A stretch of DNA of 25,659 nt from Promethearchaeota archaeon (GTDB lineage: Archaea; Asgardarchaeota; Lokiarchaeia; Sigyniarchaeales; SOKP01), in contig JBHLLT010000026.1 in assembly GCA_048938855.1 (NCBI GenBank), forward strand, positions 13,508 through 39,166, read 5' to 3'. Made by a program: the position numbers and the translations under genes. Shown in pieces: positions 17,032 through 25,659 of this stretch; the first letter of the stretch is position 1; each line of letters opens with the position of its first letter. The notes under the pieces were generated by a model. It was not told where the DNA came from. It did not search any database and worked only from the letters and a program-made list of their open reading frames with translations.

Positions 17032-17832
17032 TTAAACACCTTTAAAGTTGGGCTCCCTTTTTTCAAAAAATGCTTTAATTCCTTCTTGAAAATCATCACT
17101 CCCAGCACTCTCTACGATATTTTTTATCTCTAGTCTAATTTGAGTATCATAATCATTACAAAATGAAGTTTCAATCAAATTACGAGCATTTGTAAATGCA
17201 ATGGGAGCGATCTTACTTAATTTAAGAGCAATTTTTTTTGATTCTGTAATAAGAGAATCTACAGATTCATAAACTCTGGAAACAAGATTAAAGTGTAAAG
17301 CTTCTTCAGCCGTTAGAATTCTATTTGTTAAGATTAAATCTTTACTGATTGTTAATCCAAGTATTTTAGGTAAATGATATGTTAAGCTACTATCGGGAGA
17401 GAGACCTAAACCTGTGAATGCACTTCCAAATTTTGCATTATTTGAACATATCCTTAAATCGCATGCACTAGCTAAACCCAATCCTGCTCCAAAACATGCT
17501 CCGTTAATCACTGCTAATGTTGGTAGGTTGCTTGTTTTCAATAACTTCAAAGCTGTATGGAATTTGTCTGCTAAATCATTCATATACGCCATAGGATTTG
17601 TAGCTTTCTTGAAATCATTAATATCACCACCTGCACAAAATGCTTTTCCTTTCCCTGTGATCAAAATTGCCCTAATTTTATGATGCTCAGATATATATTG
17701 CAGACAAGAATACAAGTCTTCAGCCAATTGCATATTTAATGAATTTAAACTATCTGGTCTATTTAAGTGAATTATTACAAATTGTTCAATTTCTTCTAAT
17801 ATAATTGCTTTAAATTCTGCCATTTTTATCAT
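17032..17832 (-). CDS. Enoyl-CoA hydratase/isomerase (crotonase) family protein, PaaG-like
   Basis: LNRPDSLNSL, GKAFCAGGDI, INGACFGAG, AFTGLGLSPD, DFQEGIKAFFEKREPNFKG. Alternative start at 17823. Confidence 0.93.
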   Translation of the reverse strand: MIKMAEFKAIILEEIEQFVIIHLNRPDSLNSLNMQLAEDLYSCLQYISEHHKIRAILITGKGKAFCAGGDINDFKKATNPMAYMNDLADKFHTALKLLKTSNLPTLAVINGACFGAGLGLASACDLRICSNNAKFGSAFTGLGLSPDSSLTYHLPKILGLTISKDLILTNRILTAEEALHFNLVSRVYESVDSLITESKKIALKLSKIAPIAFTNARNLIETSFCNDYDTQIRLEIKNIVESAGSDDFQEGIKAFFEKREPNFKGV

Positions 17833-17856
17833 TTTCTAATTTTAGTAATATTTATT

Positions 17857-18501
17857 TTAAGGTATTGTCGTTAAATTAAGAAGTTTTAAAAATTGTTTCA
17901 TAAAATCAGGTAATCCATCCCAAGATGGTGCAGTTACTAAGTTATCTTGCGTAAAAGCAATATTTCCAGGATATTCATCCTCAATTATGGCACCTAGTAA
18001 AGTGCACTCTAAAGCGATTGAGGGGTATGGATAAATTTTCTTATCTTTCAAAAAATCAATTTCTTCGAAAGCAGCATCCGTGTAAGCTAGAACCTGAGGA
18101 CCATGGCAAATCGCACCAATTGGTTTTTTTTTCTCCATGAAATGAAAGACAAGTTTTTGAACTTCTGGAATTAAAGCCAAGTATTCAGGAGCTCGTCCAC
18201 CTGGAATAATCAAACCATCATAGTCTTCAACTTCTTGCTCGATGTTTTCCCAATCAAAATCTTCATCAAGTTTATATGGGTGTCCAAGTGATTCTGAATA
18301 TGTAATCGGCTTTCTGTTTAGCGCTAATTCCCAATCTTCTATTGAAATATAATGAATAGCTGTTTTTATAAAATCTCCTCTACCTCTGCCAGGACAAATA
18401 ATTTTAACTTCACATCCAAACATAGTAAGTATAGAATAAGGGACCATTAATTCATAATCATCGACGTAATCTCCTGTTAAAATTAGAATTTTATGAGTCA
18501 T
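17857..18501 (-). CDS. DJ-1/PfpI family protein (glyoxalase III/deglycase-like)
   Basis: TGDYVDDYE, IIPGGRAPEYL, nucleophile elbow AICHGPQ, DNLVTAPSW. Confidence 0.93.
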   Translation of the reverse strand: MTHKILILTGDYVDDYELMVPYSILTMFGCEVKIICPGRGRGDFIKTAIHYISIEDWELALNRKPITYSESLGHPYKLDEDFDWENIEQEVEDYDGLIIPGGRAPEYLALIPEVQKLVFHFMEKKKPIGAICHGPQVLAYTDAAFEEIDFLKDKKIYPYPSIALECTLLGAIIEDEYPGNIAFTQDNLVTAPSWDGLPDFMKQFLKLLNLTTIP

Positions 18502-18669
18502 ACGAATAGTTTTACATTAAATTTTTAAAAATTTTCTAAAATATTTAATTAAATTCTTGGTTATTTTGACTAAAGCGAATTTGATGATTGGTAAATTTAT
18601 TTTTAAAGAACTTAGTTTAGTTTCTTAAGGATCATTCTTAATATAAAAACTGGTTATAAATTATATAAT

Positions 18670-19683
18670 TTGAACACGAAGAGACATTTTTCATTATTCC
18701 TTAAAAAAAAAACTTACCTTGTCATAGTTATAGCAGCCTCATTAATAGGGGCCTCATTAATAATTAGCAACATTATCATTCTTAATAATAAATCTAACAT
18801 TAGGGGATATCCAGATTTTATTACAAAAACAGAAGATTATTTTATAACAAGAATTGGTAATGTCCCAAATATTGACCCAAATAATTATAGACTTAACGTA
18901 TGGGGGCAAATAAATAATTCGAAGGAATTCACTCTTACTGAGCTGCGAGGTTTGAACTTAATTCAACGAGTATTAACAACAGAATGTATTGGGAATTATA
19001 TTAATGGTCCTCTTGTATCTACTGCAATATGGAAGGGGTTTTCAATATATGATTTAATAGAATCTCTTGGTTTGAAAGAAAATGCGACAGGAGTAAAATT
19101 TACAGCTGCAGATGGGTATTATACCTCTCAAACACTTGAACAATTAAAAAATAATAGTACAATTGGAGCTCTCTACATGAATGGAAAAATTATACCTCCT
19201 ATTCAAGGTTTTCCACTTCGAGTTGTGAATCCTGGTGCATTTGGAGCTAAACAACCTGCGTGGGTAATTGATATTGAAGTAATTGATAAACCAATGAGTG
19301 ACTACTGGGATGATAGAGGTTGGGATACTTCACCTCCTATGGACGTCGATTCAAAAATATTTTTTCCGAGTAATGATGTAGATGTAGATGTTGGAGTTCC
19401 ACTTGAAATTGGAGGGGCAGCTTATGGAGGAAGAAGAATATCAAAAATTGAGTACACGATTGATGGAGGCAAAACCTGGGACCAAGCTGTTATAATAAAG
19501 GACATGGATTTAGATCATGTTTGGGTTTTCTGGAAAATAACAATTATGTTTGGGAGTTCAGGGACTTTTACACTTAATACGAAAGCTACGGATATTAATG
19601 GTAATGCACAGCCTAAATCTGATTCGGTTTATTATAATGGAATAAACAGCTGGCCATCATTAATTATAAATGTAATGAGTTAA
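18670..19683 (+). CDS. Sulfite-oxidase-family molybdopterin oxidoreductase with N-terminal membrane anchor
   Basis: TTECIGN (Mo-ligating Cys), STAIWKG, AADGY, GFPLRVVNPG, YWDDRGW; C-terminal Ig-like dimer domain (GAAYGG..ISKIEYTIDGGKTW, KATD..GNAQP); hydrophobic residues about 16-38; TTG start. Confidence 0.92.
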   Translation: MNTKRHFSLFLKKKTYLVIVIAASLIGASLIISNIIILNNKSNIRGYPDFITKTEDYFITRIGNVPNIDPNNYRLNVWGQINNSKEFTLTELRGLNLIQRVLTTECIGNYINGPLVSTAIWKGFSIYDLIESLGLKENATGVKFTAADGYYTSQTLEQLKNNSTIGALYMNGKIIPPIQGFPLRVVNPGAFGAKQPAWVIDIEVIDKPMSDYWDDRGWDTSPPMDVDSKIFFPSNDVDVDVGVPLEIGGAAYGGRRISKIEYTIDGGKTWDQAVIIKDMDLDHVWVFWKITIMFGSSGTFTLNTKATDINGNAQPKSDSVYYNGINSWPSLIINVMS

Positions 19684-19718
19684 GTAGCTTTTCAGTGAAG
19701 AAAATAGATCTTTAAAAC

Positions 19719-20528
19719 CTAATTAGTTGTATAAGATCTTTTCTTAATTAATTGGTAATAAAATAATAAGACAAATAGATTTGTAAGTAAATGGAATAGC
19801 CAGGGATACAATATTCCCATTTGAATTAAAGCAAGTGAATATATAATTGACGATAAAAGCGTAGAAATTACATGCCCCCAATTTTGCGACGTAGAAAAAT
19901 GCACTAGTCCAAAGATAATTGATATAAAAATGATAGTTAAAAGATAATTCCAATTTAGGTAATATGTTAATACACTAATTAGAAGCGTTCTATAGATCAA
20001 TTCCTCTATAAAAGCTACTAACGGAAAGAAAATTATTAAAAGGATAATTTTTTTATAATTTAGATTCTTAGTAAAAAACTGAAAAATCTCATCTCCCTTT
20101 CCCTCTTCAAGGATTGTTACATTTCTAGAGAAATAGATCTTGATCCCAATTAATTTTAAGAAGACTATCGAGAAATAGATTAAAAAAAGAAAAATATTAT
20201 GGTGATGGATTACCCCTACTAAATTATCGAACGGTATAAAAATTGTAATCGAAGTATTATAAAATAAGATAACATTTGCAATTAAAGAAAAAGGTATAAG
20301 GAAAAGCAATACATAAATAAGAATATCTTTTCTATTGAAACCGTTTTTAAGTTCTATTATTAACTTTACTAAAATAATCAAAAAAATTGCAATACATATC
20401 CCATATAACATTAAAATATTTTCAAATGAAGAAAAATAAAACCAGAATACAAAAATCAAAAGTATAATTAAATTGTATACCATACTATTTTTTATTCTGT
20501 TTTTTACTTGATTTTCATCGTACGGCAT
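19719..20528 (-). CDS. CPBP family (Abi/CAAX type II) intramembrane glutamic protease
   Basis: FIEELIYR, IFGLVHF, FHLLTN motifs; multiple TM segments. Confidence 0.9.
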   Translation of the reverse strand: MPYDENQVKNRIKNSMVYNLIILLIFVFWFYFSSFENILMLYGICIAIFLIILVKLIIELKNGFNRKDILIYVLLFLIPFSLIANVILFYNTSITIFIPFDNLVGVIHHHNIFLFLIYFSIVFLKLIGIKIYFSRNVTILEEGKGDEIFQFFTKNLNYKKIILLIIFFPLVAFIEELIYRTLLISVLTYYLNWNYLLTIIFISIIFGLVHFSTSQNWGHVISTLLSSIIYSLALIQMGILYPWLFHLLTNLFVLLFYYQLIKKRSYTTN

Positions 20529-20624
20529 TTATATGAACTTGAGCTTTTTTATCAAATAGAAATTATAAATATTAATTCAACTTTAAAACTTAATAACATA
20601 TACTTTATAAGATAAAATATCGAA

Positions 20625-21173
20625 ATGGATATATCAAAAGGCATAAAAACTAAAAGACTTACTCTTAGACCTATTAATAAAGATGATTTTGAAAATTTTT
20701 TGAGAATTATTAATGATAAAGATATTCTTGAAAATGCGCATTACTTCTTAGAAAACGTTGATCTCTCAAGGCCAAAATTATTGTTTAAATTAATGATAAG
20801 TCCCTTAGAAACTTTGAATCCTATTTTTAGTTTAATAATTTTAAAAAAAGATACAAATGATTGCATTGGTTTCTGTGGATTTAACCTTTTAACAGAAAAT
20901 AAAGAAGCAATTTGCTTTTATTATTTAATTCCTCTATATAGGGGTTCTGGTTTTGCTATTGAATCAGTTAAAAAGCTTATAGAGTTTGGATTTATAGAAT
21001 TAGGTTTAGATAAAATTTCCATATTTATTAATCCAAAAAGTAAAGAAATATGGAAAGTTGCTGAAAGATGTGGGTTGAAATATTTGGGGCACGTTGACAT
21101 CCCTGATACTAGTTCAAAAGCTATGTATTTCTCTATAGGGAAAGAAGAATTCAACACACAACACTTTATTTAG
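20625..21173 (+). CDS. GNAT acetyltransferase, RimJ/RimL type
   Basis: IKTKRLTLRP, IGFCG, YRGSGFAIES (acetyl-CoA motif A), KVAERCGLKY. Confidence 0.9.
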   Translation: MDISKGIKTKRLTLRPINKDDFENFLRIINDKDILENAHYFLENVDLSRPKLLFKLMISPLETLNPIFSLIILKKDTNDCIGFCGFNLLTENKEAICFYYLIPLYRGSGFAIESVKKLIEFGFIELGLDKISIFINPKSKEIWKVAERCGLKYLGHVDIPDTSSKAMYFSIGKEEFNTQHFI

Positions 21174-21741
21174 CATATCCAATTGGAATAATATAAAGTG
21201 GCTCAATTTTTTTTGGAAGTTTAAGGACCTCTTTTACTCTTTCATCCTCAAATGCCCCAACGGGTACCGATGCTAGTCCTAAAGCGACAGATTCTAAGTG
21301 AATGTTTTGCGCACAATGACCCACCTCAATAAATACGTATCTAACGCCTCTTTCTCCATATCTAATAGTAGTTCTTGAGAATTCAGCACATATTATTATA
21401 TTCATGTATGCTTCAGCAATAAAATTCTGATCCCAAGAAGCTCTAGCAAGTTTTTTACTTAAATCTTCTTCGCTAATTAAATCCAGTGTATGATTTTTAA
21501 CATTGTAATTAAAAAAACCCTTATCTTTGAGAGTAACATATATTTCTAATGGATAGGTAGCACCTGCTGAAGGAACAGTTCTATTTTCTCCCTTTTTCCC
21601 TTGAGTTGCCCACAATATCTGCGAGACTTTTTCAATATCAAAAGCTTTAGCATGAAAATATCGTATACTTTCACGTTCATAAATGCATTCTTCAAGACTT
21701 TTGTCTCCTTTTTCTACAGGTTTTGGAAGTGAAAAACTCAT
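21166..21741 (-). CDS. SagB/ThcOx-family nitroreductase-fold dehydrogenase (stand-alone)
   Basis: RESIRYF, RTVPSAGATYPLEIY, RYGERGVRY..IEVGHCAQNIHL, VGAFED. Start moved to ATG 21741 (MSFSLPKP), which avoids overlap with the divergent gene. Confidence 0.92.
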   Translation of the reverse strand: MSFSLPKPVEKGDKSLEECIYERESIRYFHAKAFDIEKVSQILWATQGKKGENRTVPSAGATYPLEIYVTLKDKGFFNYNVKNHTLDLISEEDLSKKLARASWDQNFIAEAYMNIIICAEFSRTTIRYGERGVRYVFIEVGHCAQNIHLESVALGLASVPVGAFEDERVKEVLKLPKKIEPLYIIPIGYAK

Positions 21742-21806
21742 TATTCTTACAGCTTTATTTTTGTGATAATAAGAACCTTTATTTTTGATAATATTAATGT
21801 ATTCGT

Positions 21807-22163
21807 ATGGCGTCAAAACCTAGTTTGAAAGATATGTTCGAGGAGTGGAACTCTTTAAATTCTAAAGCTCAAGAATCCATGGGAAATTTTGATTTTGAGA
21901 CTATCAAGAAAATCAGAGAAAGTCAAAAAAAGCTAGAAGATACTGTTTTCGAAATCTTAAAAGAAAATGCTCCAAAAAATATTAAGGAGATACTACCCGA
22001 GGATTGTGGAGAGATGGAAGTTGGTTATGATACAGAAGGTAAAACATTTTATTTTGTTATGGTAGATGAAGAGGATAGTACTGATGAGGAAGTAAAGCTG
22101 AATGCTATTACAATTGATACCAATAAAAACGTTGAATTAATTGAAAATTTTGAAATGGAATAA
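21807..22163 (+). CDS. Hypothetical acidic protein (118 aa)
   Basis: Clean ORF with protein-like composition; no family recognised. Confidence 0.75.
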   Translation: MASKPSLKDMFEEWNSLNSKAQESMGNFDFETIKKIRESQKKLEDTVFEILKENAPKNIKEILPEDCGEMEVGYDTEGKTFYFVMVDEEDSTDEEVKLNAITIDTNKNVELIENFEME

Positions 22164-22232
22164 TAGAAGAAGTTCAATTTATTTTCAATAAAAGAAAAAA
22201 GAATGAAAAAAAGAAATTAATATAATTATTAT

Positions 22233-23765
22233 TTAGAATTTATCAGAATCCTCATACCATTTAGGAAACCATTGATAATGATCTTTGGAAAATGCTTTTT
22301 GTAACCCTTCATAAGTTGCTTTTACTAATACTATTTTCTTTTGCCTATCTCTATGACATACAATCAATTTTTGACTCTCTAAAGTTTCAAATATTTTTCT
22401 TATTGTGGAACGACTACCCCCTCCAATATCCTCTCTTACATCATCTGGAGTCATGTATAACCCAGGATTAATTTTATAATCATGAGCTATCACTTTTAAA
22501 ATGTTTTCTTCGTTCAATTCTAAACCATTGAATTGAGAATCTTTGTTTGATATTAAAGGAGCTTTAACTTCCTCATCCCATCTGAGTCTTATTGAGTTAT
22601 TGTATCTAGGAAGCATAGCGCTAAATCGATATATAATCATTTTTTGAACTTCATTAGTCCCAGCGACAATCTCCCCTATTTTTGCATCTCGCAAAAAGCG
22701 TTCTGCTGGATAAAATCTGGTTAACCCATCACCCCCTAGAATTTGAATGGCTTTAGAAGCACAATCCCTCCCAAATTCTGTAGTCATCAATTTTGCGACT
22801 GAGGCTTCAACCATCGGTTCTTTCCCTTCATCTAATAATTTTGCAACATAATAGGCAAATGTTCTTGCAACTCTGTATTTAGAAATTATTTCAGCAATTC
22901 CAAATTGAATTCCTGGAAATTGGTTTGTTGTTCGATTAAATTGAACTCTTCTTTGAGTAAAGTGAAAAAGTAATTGAATCATATCTTCGAATGCCCCTCC
23001 AAAAACAGCAGATCCTATTAATCTTTCAAAATTCAACCCTGCCATCATAACATTCCATCCTTTTCCTATAGCTCCTATTCGATTTTCATCAGATATTCTC
23101 ACATGATCAAAATCTAAATAGCCATTTGGAACATTATCAAGACCTATTAACGGATTAATCCTCTCCAATGTAAACCCAGGAGTACCCTTCTCAACAATAA
23201 ATGATGTAATATGCCCATATTGTTTTCGAATAGCAGGATCATCACTGGTTTTAGCATAAATGAAATATCTATCAGAAACACCAGCACCGGTGATATATCT
23301 TTTTTTTCCATTAATTATCCATTCGTCTCCTTCCTTTTTAGCTGATGTGAAGACATTTGCTGCATCAGAACCCGCAAATGGTTCTGTAATACATACTGCT
23401 CCTAATTCTTCACCCTTTGCTAATTTTGGAAGCCATTTCCTTTTTTGTTCTTCTGTAGCATACCTTAGAATTTGCTCCATCCCAGCTAATATACTTACTG
23501 TGAACACATGTCCCACAGAATAAAGGCGTCCTAATTGTTCTGCTACAATACAGCTTCCTGTAGCCCCTAGTTCCAAACCACCATACTCCTTTGGGATCCC
23601 AGCACCAAAAAACCCTTCTTTTGCAACCTTTTTAACCAAAGGCCAAGGGAATTTATTTTTCCAAAAATAGTATTCTGCTTCTTCAATATTATTATCTACA
23701 AATTGTTTTGCTCTCTCAGAAAGTTTTATATGTTCTTCAGTCCACCAAAAAAATGGTTCACTCAT
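22233..23765 (-). CDS. Acyl-CoA dehydrogenase with C-terminal extension
   Basis: IPKEYGG, CITEPFAGSDA, WIINGKKRYITGA, GLNFERL, RVQF, AIQILGGDG, RDAKIGEIVAGTNEVQKMII; about 125 extra C-terminal residues. Confidence 0.95.
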   Translation of the reverse strand: MSEPFFWWTEEHIKLSERAKQFVDNNIEEAEYYFWKNKFPWPLVKKVAKEGFFGAGIPKEYGGLELGATGSCIVAEQLGRLYSVGHVFTVSILAGMEQILRYATEEQKRKWLPKLAKGEELGAVCITEPFAGSDAANVFTSAKKEGDEWIINGKKRYITGAGVSDRYFIYAKTSDDPAIRKQYGHITSFIVEKGTPGFTLERINPLIGLDNVPNGYLDFDHVRISDENRIGAIGKGWNVMMAGLNFERLIGSAVFGGAFEDMIQLLFHFTQRRVQFNRTTNQFPGIQFGIAEIISKYRVARTFAYYVAKLLDEGKEPMVEASVAKLMTTEFGRDCASKAIQILGGDGLTRFYPAERFLRDAKIGEIVAGTNEVQKMIIYRFSAMLPRYNNSIRLRWDEEVKAPLISNKDSQFNGLELNEENILKVIAHDYKINPGLYMTPDDVREDIGGGSRSTIRKIFETLESQKLIVCHRDRQKKIVLVKATYEGLQKAFSKDHYQWFPKWYEDSDKF

Positions 23766-23976
23766 TTTTTCTACTCTTTAATATGTTTTTTTTCTTTTTT
23801 TAATAATAAATGGATTAGTAGTAAATAGAATTTCAATCTTTTTTATTAATAAAGATCGGTTAAAATTATTTTTTTTAAAAGGATAAAAATAAATAATCTT
23901 GTTTAAATTATACTTTTAAATGCATAAATTGAAGTGCTGAATTCCTTATAACTAAAACTTTCAATAAATTTAATAA

Positions 23977-25602
23977 AGTGATTTTGAAATTTCATTACCA
24001 GCATCTTTAAGAGTAGGTCCGCGAACCACAAATACTCTTGCTAAGAGAAAGTATCTGATTATCTATTTTGCGATAATAATATTATCTGCTCAACCAACAT
24101 TCATTTGGATATGGTACTTTTGGCATTTCTTTCCTATTCTTGATTTAATCTTTTATGTAACCTTTCCATTCGCGTTTTTCTTTGGAATTCTTATTTTAAT
24201 ACTTAGTTCAGCTATAGTGGGGAGAATTTTTTTAGTTTTTATAAATGCCATCCACAAACCGATTGAGGGGATTTTCAATAGAAATAAAAATGACAAAAAC
24301 TATTGCTTTTGGAGTTTAAGAGCAATAGTAAGAAAATGGCCTACTTGGTTAGCAAGACAGTTATCATTACCTTTACTCGAAACCTTAGTTTTGAAGATAC
24401 TCGGGATTAAGACTTCCTTTTCGAATTCGTTACATGAGGGATGGATAGACTGTGAATTTATTAAATTTGGAAAAAATGTTAAAATTGGTCAAGGAAGTTT
24501 TGTCATATCTAATATAATTATTAATGACAAATTAATTCTAAAGCAAGTTACCATAAAAGATAACGTAATCATAGGTGCTCATTCTATTGTATTACCTGGT
24601 ACAACGATTGAAACTAATACCATTTTAGATGCCATATCCATGACAACAGTCAATCAGAGATTAGAAAGTAATTCAATTTATCATGGAAATCCCGCAAAAA
24701 AGACTGAAAATATAGGATTTAATAGGACTTTTGAACATGTTAAAAATGAAATTTTTGATAAAACATCTTTAGAAGAATATGATACTGAAATGCTTAGATC
24801 ACATACCAAGGAATTATCTGTTCCATTTCATTTTTATATTATTTCTGGATGGTTAATAATTGGTTGTTCCTTTATATTACCTGGATTTCTATTTTTTTTC
24901 TTTTTATTTATTATATTAATCCCTAATTTTTTTTCTATTCCCTTATCTTTAAGTTATATCTTAAATCCAATAATATTTACTCTAACTTTGCTCACTCCAA
25001 TAATTTTTGTTTCTCTCTATCTTTTACATTTATTTTTTGTAGCATTATTTACAAAATGGTTTTATAAGATGGCAGACAAAAGAGGACCTGCCCAAGGTGT
25101 ATTTGATCGAAATTTAAATGAGAGTTCTCATATGTTAAATTATTATCATTTTAGATCTTTTCTATTTAAATACCCGATTTTTGCTTTTATTCGATCTCCC
25201 TTTCCTTGGCTTTTAAATTGGGAATTAAGATTTATTGGTTCAAATAAAGTTGGTAAAGGTACAGTTTTTGAAGATACATTCTTCCACAGTCATATTGATT
25301 TTGGTAGGAATTGTTATATTGGAACCTTTTCTCATATTAGTAATCATGTAGTTGATGGGGTATATGGAGAAGAAAATTTAACTTTTTTCGGAGTAAACAT
25401 TGGAGATAATTGTGTTTTTAGTTTATCGAACGGCGCAATGCCAGGTTTAGAAATGGAGGATGGATCAACAATACTACCTCTTTCTGCTAGTATAAAATAT
25501 GATGAAATTGGTAAAGATGGAATATATGGGAGATTTCCCACGAAAAAACTAAAAACGGAGGAAATTCAAAAACTTATGGGAGGATTTTATAATGAAGAAT
25601 GA
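23977..25602 (+). CDS. Membrane protein with two tandem (TM hairpin plus left-handed beta-helix) modules; acyltransferase-like, resembling the Pls/NRPS terminal domain
   Basis: Hexapeptide repeats (FGKNVKIGQGSFV, IKDNVIIGAHSIVLPG, IGDNCVF) and Y.G.P.KK module ends. The frame is open from 23977, 80 codons upstream of the track's GTG at 24217; the true start is uncertain. Confidence 0.75.
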   Translation, partial: SDFEISLPASLRVGPRTTNTLAKRKYLIIYFAIIILSAQPTFIWIWYFWHFFPILDLIFYVTFPFAFFFGILILILSSAIVGRIFLVFINAIHKPIEGIFNRNKNDKNYCFWSLRAIVRKWPTWLARQLSLPLLETLVLKILGIKTSFSNSLHEGWIDCEFIKFGKNVKIGQGSFVISNIIINDKLILKQVTIKDNVIIGAHSIVLPGTTIETNTILDAISMTTVNQRLESNSIYHGNPAKKTENIGFNRTFEHVKNEIFDKTSLEEYDTEMLRSHTKELSVPFHFYIISGWLIIGCSFILPGFLFFFFLFIILIPNFFSIPLSLSYILNPIIFTLTLLTPIIFVSLYLLHLFFVALFTKWFYKMADKRGPAQGVFDRNLNESSHMLNYYHFRSFLFKYPIFAFIRSPFPWLLNWELRFIGSNKVGKGTVFEDTFFHSHIDFGRNCYIGTFSHISNHVVDGVYGEENLTFFGVNIGDNCVFSLSNGAMPGLEMEDGSTILPLSASIKYDEIGKDGIYGRFPTKKLKTEEIQKLMGGFYNEE

Positions 25603-25659
25603 TTCAATTAAAGGAAACGATGAAAAAGATATATCTGTTGATATCACTAGAATTCCTAT
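25592..25659 (+). CDS. 5' fragment of the next gene (truncated by window edge)
   Basis: ATG 25592 after a GGGAGGA SD, overlapping the upstream stop; MKNDSIKGNDEKDISVDITRIP, open to the window end. Confidence 0.6.
   Translation, partial: MKNDSIKGNDEKDISVDITRIP

Noticed and set aside
19719-22163. CPBP protease, GNAT and SagB dehydrogenase as a RiPP (azole peptide) cluster
   Set aside because: Genes alternate in orientation, and there is no YcaO/cyclodehydratase or Cys/Ser/Thr-rich precursor. Stand-alone SagB-type proteins are common in archaea.
23920-23955. ATG CAT AAA TTG AAG TGC TGA in frame with the beta-helix gene (Cys-TGA, Sec-like)
   Set aside because: It is followed by several in-frame TAA stops before 23977, so it cannot be the start by read-through.
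916-25541. Antisense or alternate-frame ORFs in the track (916-1203, 2195-2392, 3835-4164, 5662-5964, 6999-7229, 7510-7719, 7900-8103, 10521-10724, 11961-12167, 15540-15755, 16356-16814, 17414-17683, 19744-19953, 20921-21157, 23260-23523, 25344-25541)
   Set aside because: All overlap well-supported genes and carry no motifs; they are shadow ORFs.
1-25659. CRISPR arrays, tRNA/rRNA, transposases, integrases
   Set aside because: No regularly spaced repeats, GC-rich structured RNA segments or recombinase motifs seen by eye; tRNAscan/Infernal were not run.

Overview
AT-rich (roughly 30% GC by eye), gene-dense archaeal DNA. It is most consistent with an Asgard/Lokiarchaeia-type genome; this is inferred from gene content, TATA/oligo-T signals and composition, and there is no marker gene in the window. 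The left 7.4 kb is the most notable part. It holds a co-oriented minus-strand cluster tusA-dsrE-dsrF-dsrH-dsrE2-hdrC-hdrB-hdrA-mvhD-mvhG-like (running off the left edge), with a divergent Lrp/AsnC regulator. A complete persulfide-relay set therefore sits directly in front of a full-length, methanogen-type electron-bifurcating HdrABC-MvhD(G) module. This is not the sHdr type, and no dsrC/tusE, dsrAB, mnmA or lbpA is present in the window. Next come a sugar porter plus cytoplasmic GH15 glucoamylase pair, a Nudix hydrolase, an unannotated 41-aa Cys4 zinc-finger microprotein, a small J-domain protein, a radical SAM-DUF4184x2-DMT cluster, a crotonase, DJ-1/PfpI, a membrane-anchored sulfite-oxidase-family molybdoenzyme, a CPBP protease, a GNAT, a SagB-type nitroreductase, an acyl-CoA dehydrogenase with a winged-helix-like tail, and a duplicated TM plus beta-helix membrane protein whose N-terminus lacks a canonical start codon. 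I recognised no rRNA, tRNA, CRISPR array or transposase.
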